Shown piece after piece: positions 62,466 through 64,000 of a DNA stretch of 64,000 nt. The position numbers and the translations under genes are program-made. Position 1 is the first letter of the stretch. Each line of letters begins with the position of its first letter. This DNA comes from Callorhinchus milii (Eukaryota): assembly GCF_018977255.1 (NCBI RefSeq), contig NW_024704742.1:3102001-3166000 (forward strand), in the 5' to 3' direction. The notes under the pieces were generated by a model that ran no database searches, was not told where the DNA came from, and worked only from the letters and a program-made list of their open reading frames with translations.

Positions 62466-63294
62466 TGGAGGCAATCCTTAAGCAGATCGAGACGGAGGGA
62501 GTTCCAGTGGTTAGGGACTTAGGGTATCGAATTCCTTAGAATTTGTAAGCGAAGGGCTTTGAGACTTTTTGACGTCACAGGTGCTGTAGACAAAGCCACA
62601 AATTCGCAACCTCCGCTGCATGAGACAGCACCGCTCAATTCAGATTGCGGTGCCTGACCGAAAGAGCTGAGTGGGTGGACAAGCTGGTGAGCGGCATGCT
62701 CTCCAGTCTAAGCTGCGCGGGTCCTGAATGCTGAGGCTAGTTGTGGAGTTTGCCACAATGGCAGTCAGCGGCGATACATATTGTAGGATTGGATTGATGT
62801 GCCAGCGTATCAAAGGGCAGAACCTTTCACACGCTTTACATCAATGCTCAGCGGCATCGAGAAGCTCTCAGCCTTACAGGGCGCTGATGGTGAACGCTGC
62901 GTGTTTGATGAGTAATGCATGAGCTTGTGAACTGGCCTGTTACTTCCTTTCATTTATTTAAACGTCCATCGACAGAGTCCGTGGTATTGTCTGCCTGTGG
63001 TTCCGCCCACTTCATTTTTTCTGAAAGATTTTATTCTCGTTTCCGCTTCCCTCCGAGATCACGACACGAGACAACGGGGAAAAGACCACCCTAGCCATCC
63101 AGCAAGCCCCGTAAAGCTGCCCTGCCATGGACTGCACCCCCAACCACTCCATCTCATAGAAACCGTGCAATTGCGGTGCCCAGAGAGGAGGTCAATGTTG
63201 CCACTGCGATGCTTTCTTTGTCAGTCTTTTTTGTTATTCACCTGACTGACTCCTTCCATCTCTGCTTTCACACCCGACTTCTAGACATTCGACA

Positions 63295-63450
63295 TTCGCT
63301 TAGTGGCTTTTGTGGGAAACTACTCTGCCACCCTCGCCCGCAAAAACACAGTCACTGCACCGTACGGTGCATCCTGTGAAACGGTTTGAGTCGTCCTCCC
63401 AAGGTGAAAGGCACTTTGCCGAATGGAAGGATTATTAGTGTTATTATTAG
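63295..63450 (+). mobile_element. DeuSINE 3' remnant
   Basis: tttgtggga...gtgaaacggtttgagtcgtcctcccaaggtgaaaggcac...aggattatt. Confidence 0.65.
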
Positions 63451-64000
63451 ACCTCCGAGCTCTTCGACTGCGCTATTGACTGTCCAGAGGATCTGAGAGT
63501 CCACCTGGTAGAGAAATGGCCAGCGGTGAAGCCTAAGACATTTCCAGTGTCATTTCTCAATGATTAACACACTGCTATAAGGCTTCTGCATGTTCACATC
63601 ATTCCTCAAAGTGCCCGACCTCCACTCTGATGCATTTTACCATCCAGTGACAATACAGTTTACATTTGCAGTCGCGTCTTTCGCATCAGGAGGTCATCTC
63701 AAAGCACTTTTACGTAGCCGCTAAGGCAACTGTAGGGGGGACAATACTGAGGTGGGTGGGGGTGTGGAGGGGGGGGGGGGGACAGAAGGATGACTGAAAG
63801 CACGGTCAAAGAATTAAGTCGTGAGAGTTTTTTTTTATTGAAGAAAAAGTCTAATAAAGGAATTTATGGATCATGGTGCACAACACCACTGAGATCGAAA
63901 ATAGTGGCAGAGAAACGGGACGGTGTTAGGTGACACCAAGCTAACCTTTTGAAGGTACTATTGATTACAGGAATGATTATTAATGGTGTGGTGCACGTTC

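Overview
Repeat-rich, essentially non-coding vertebrate genomic DNA. The retroposons present (SacSINE1-like DeuSINEs, a young tRNA-headed SINE ending in (ATT)n, L2 LINEs ending in (GTT)n, CR1 LINEs) point to a cartilaginous fish, probably a holocephalan such as Callorhinchus milii. That assignment is inferred from recalled repeat consensus sequences, not from a search. I recognise no intact protein-coding gene, RNA gene or CRISPR array, and nearly all ORF-track entries are repeat-derived or random. The only gene-like signal is a CpG-retaining region at about 11.3-15.7 kb with a candidate minus-strand exon (12039-11719) carrying a possible start codon. The most notable structure is in the mobile elements: (i) a SINE/L2 pair sharing a 3' stem-loop whose loop sequence tracks SINE subfamily; (ii) an unclassified ~200 bp repeat in five copies with a common hairpin end and variable truncation; (iii) a 97 bp insert with CR1 3' tails at both ends; (iv) a SINE with a triplicated Pol III B-box; (v) MITE-like palindromes, nested insertions and microhomology-bounded L2 deletions. 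I found no convincing evidence of a wholly new biological system. Boundaries of old repeat copies are approximate.
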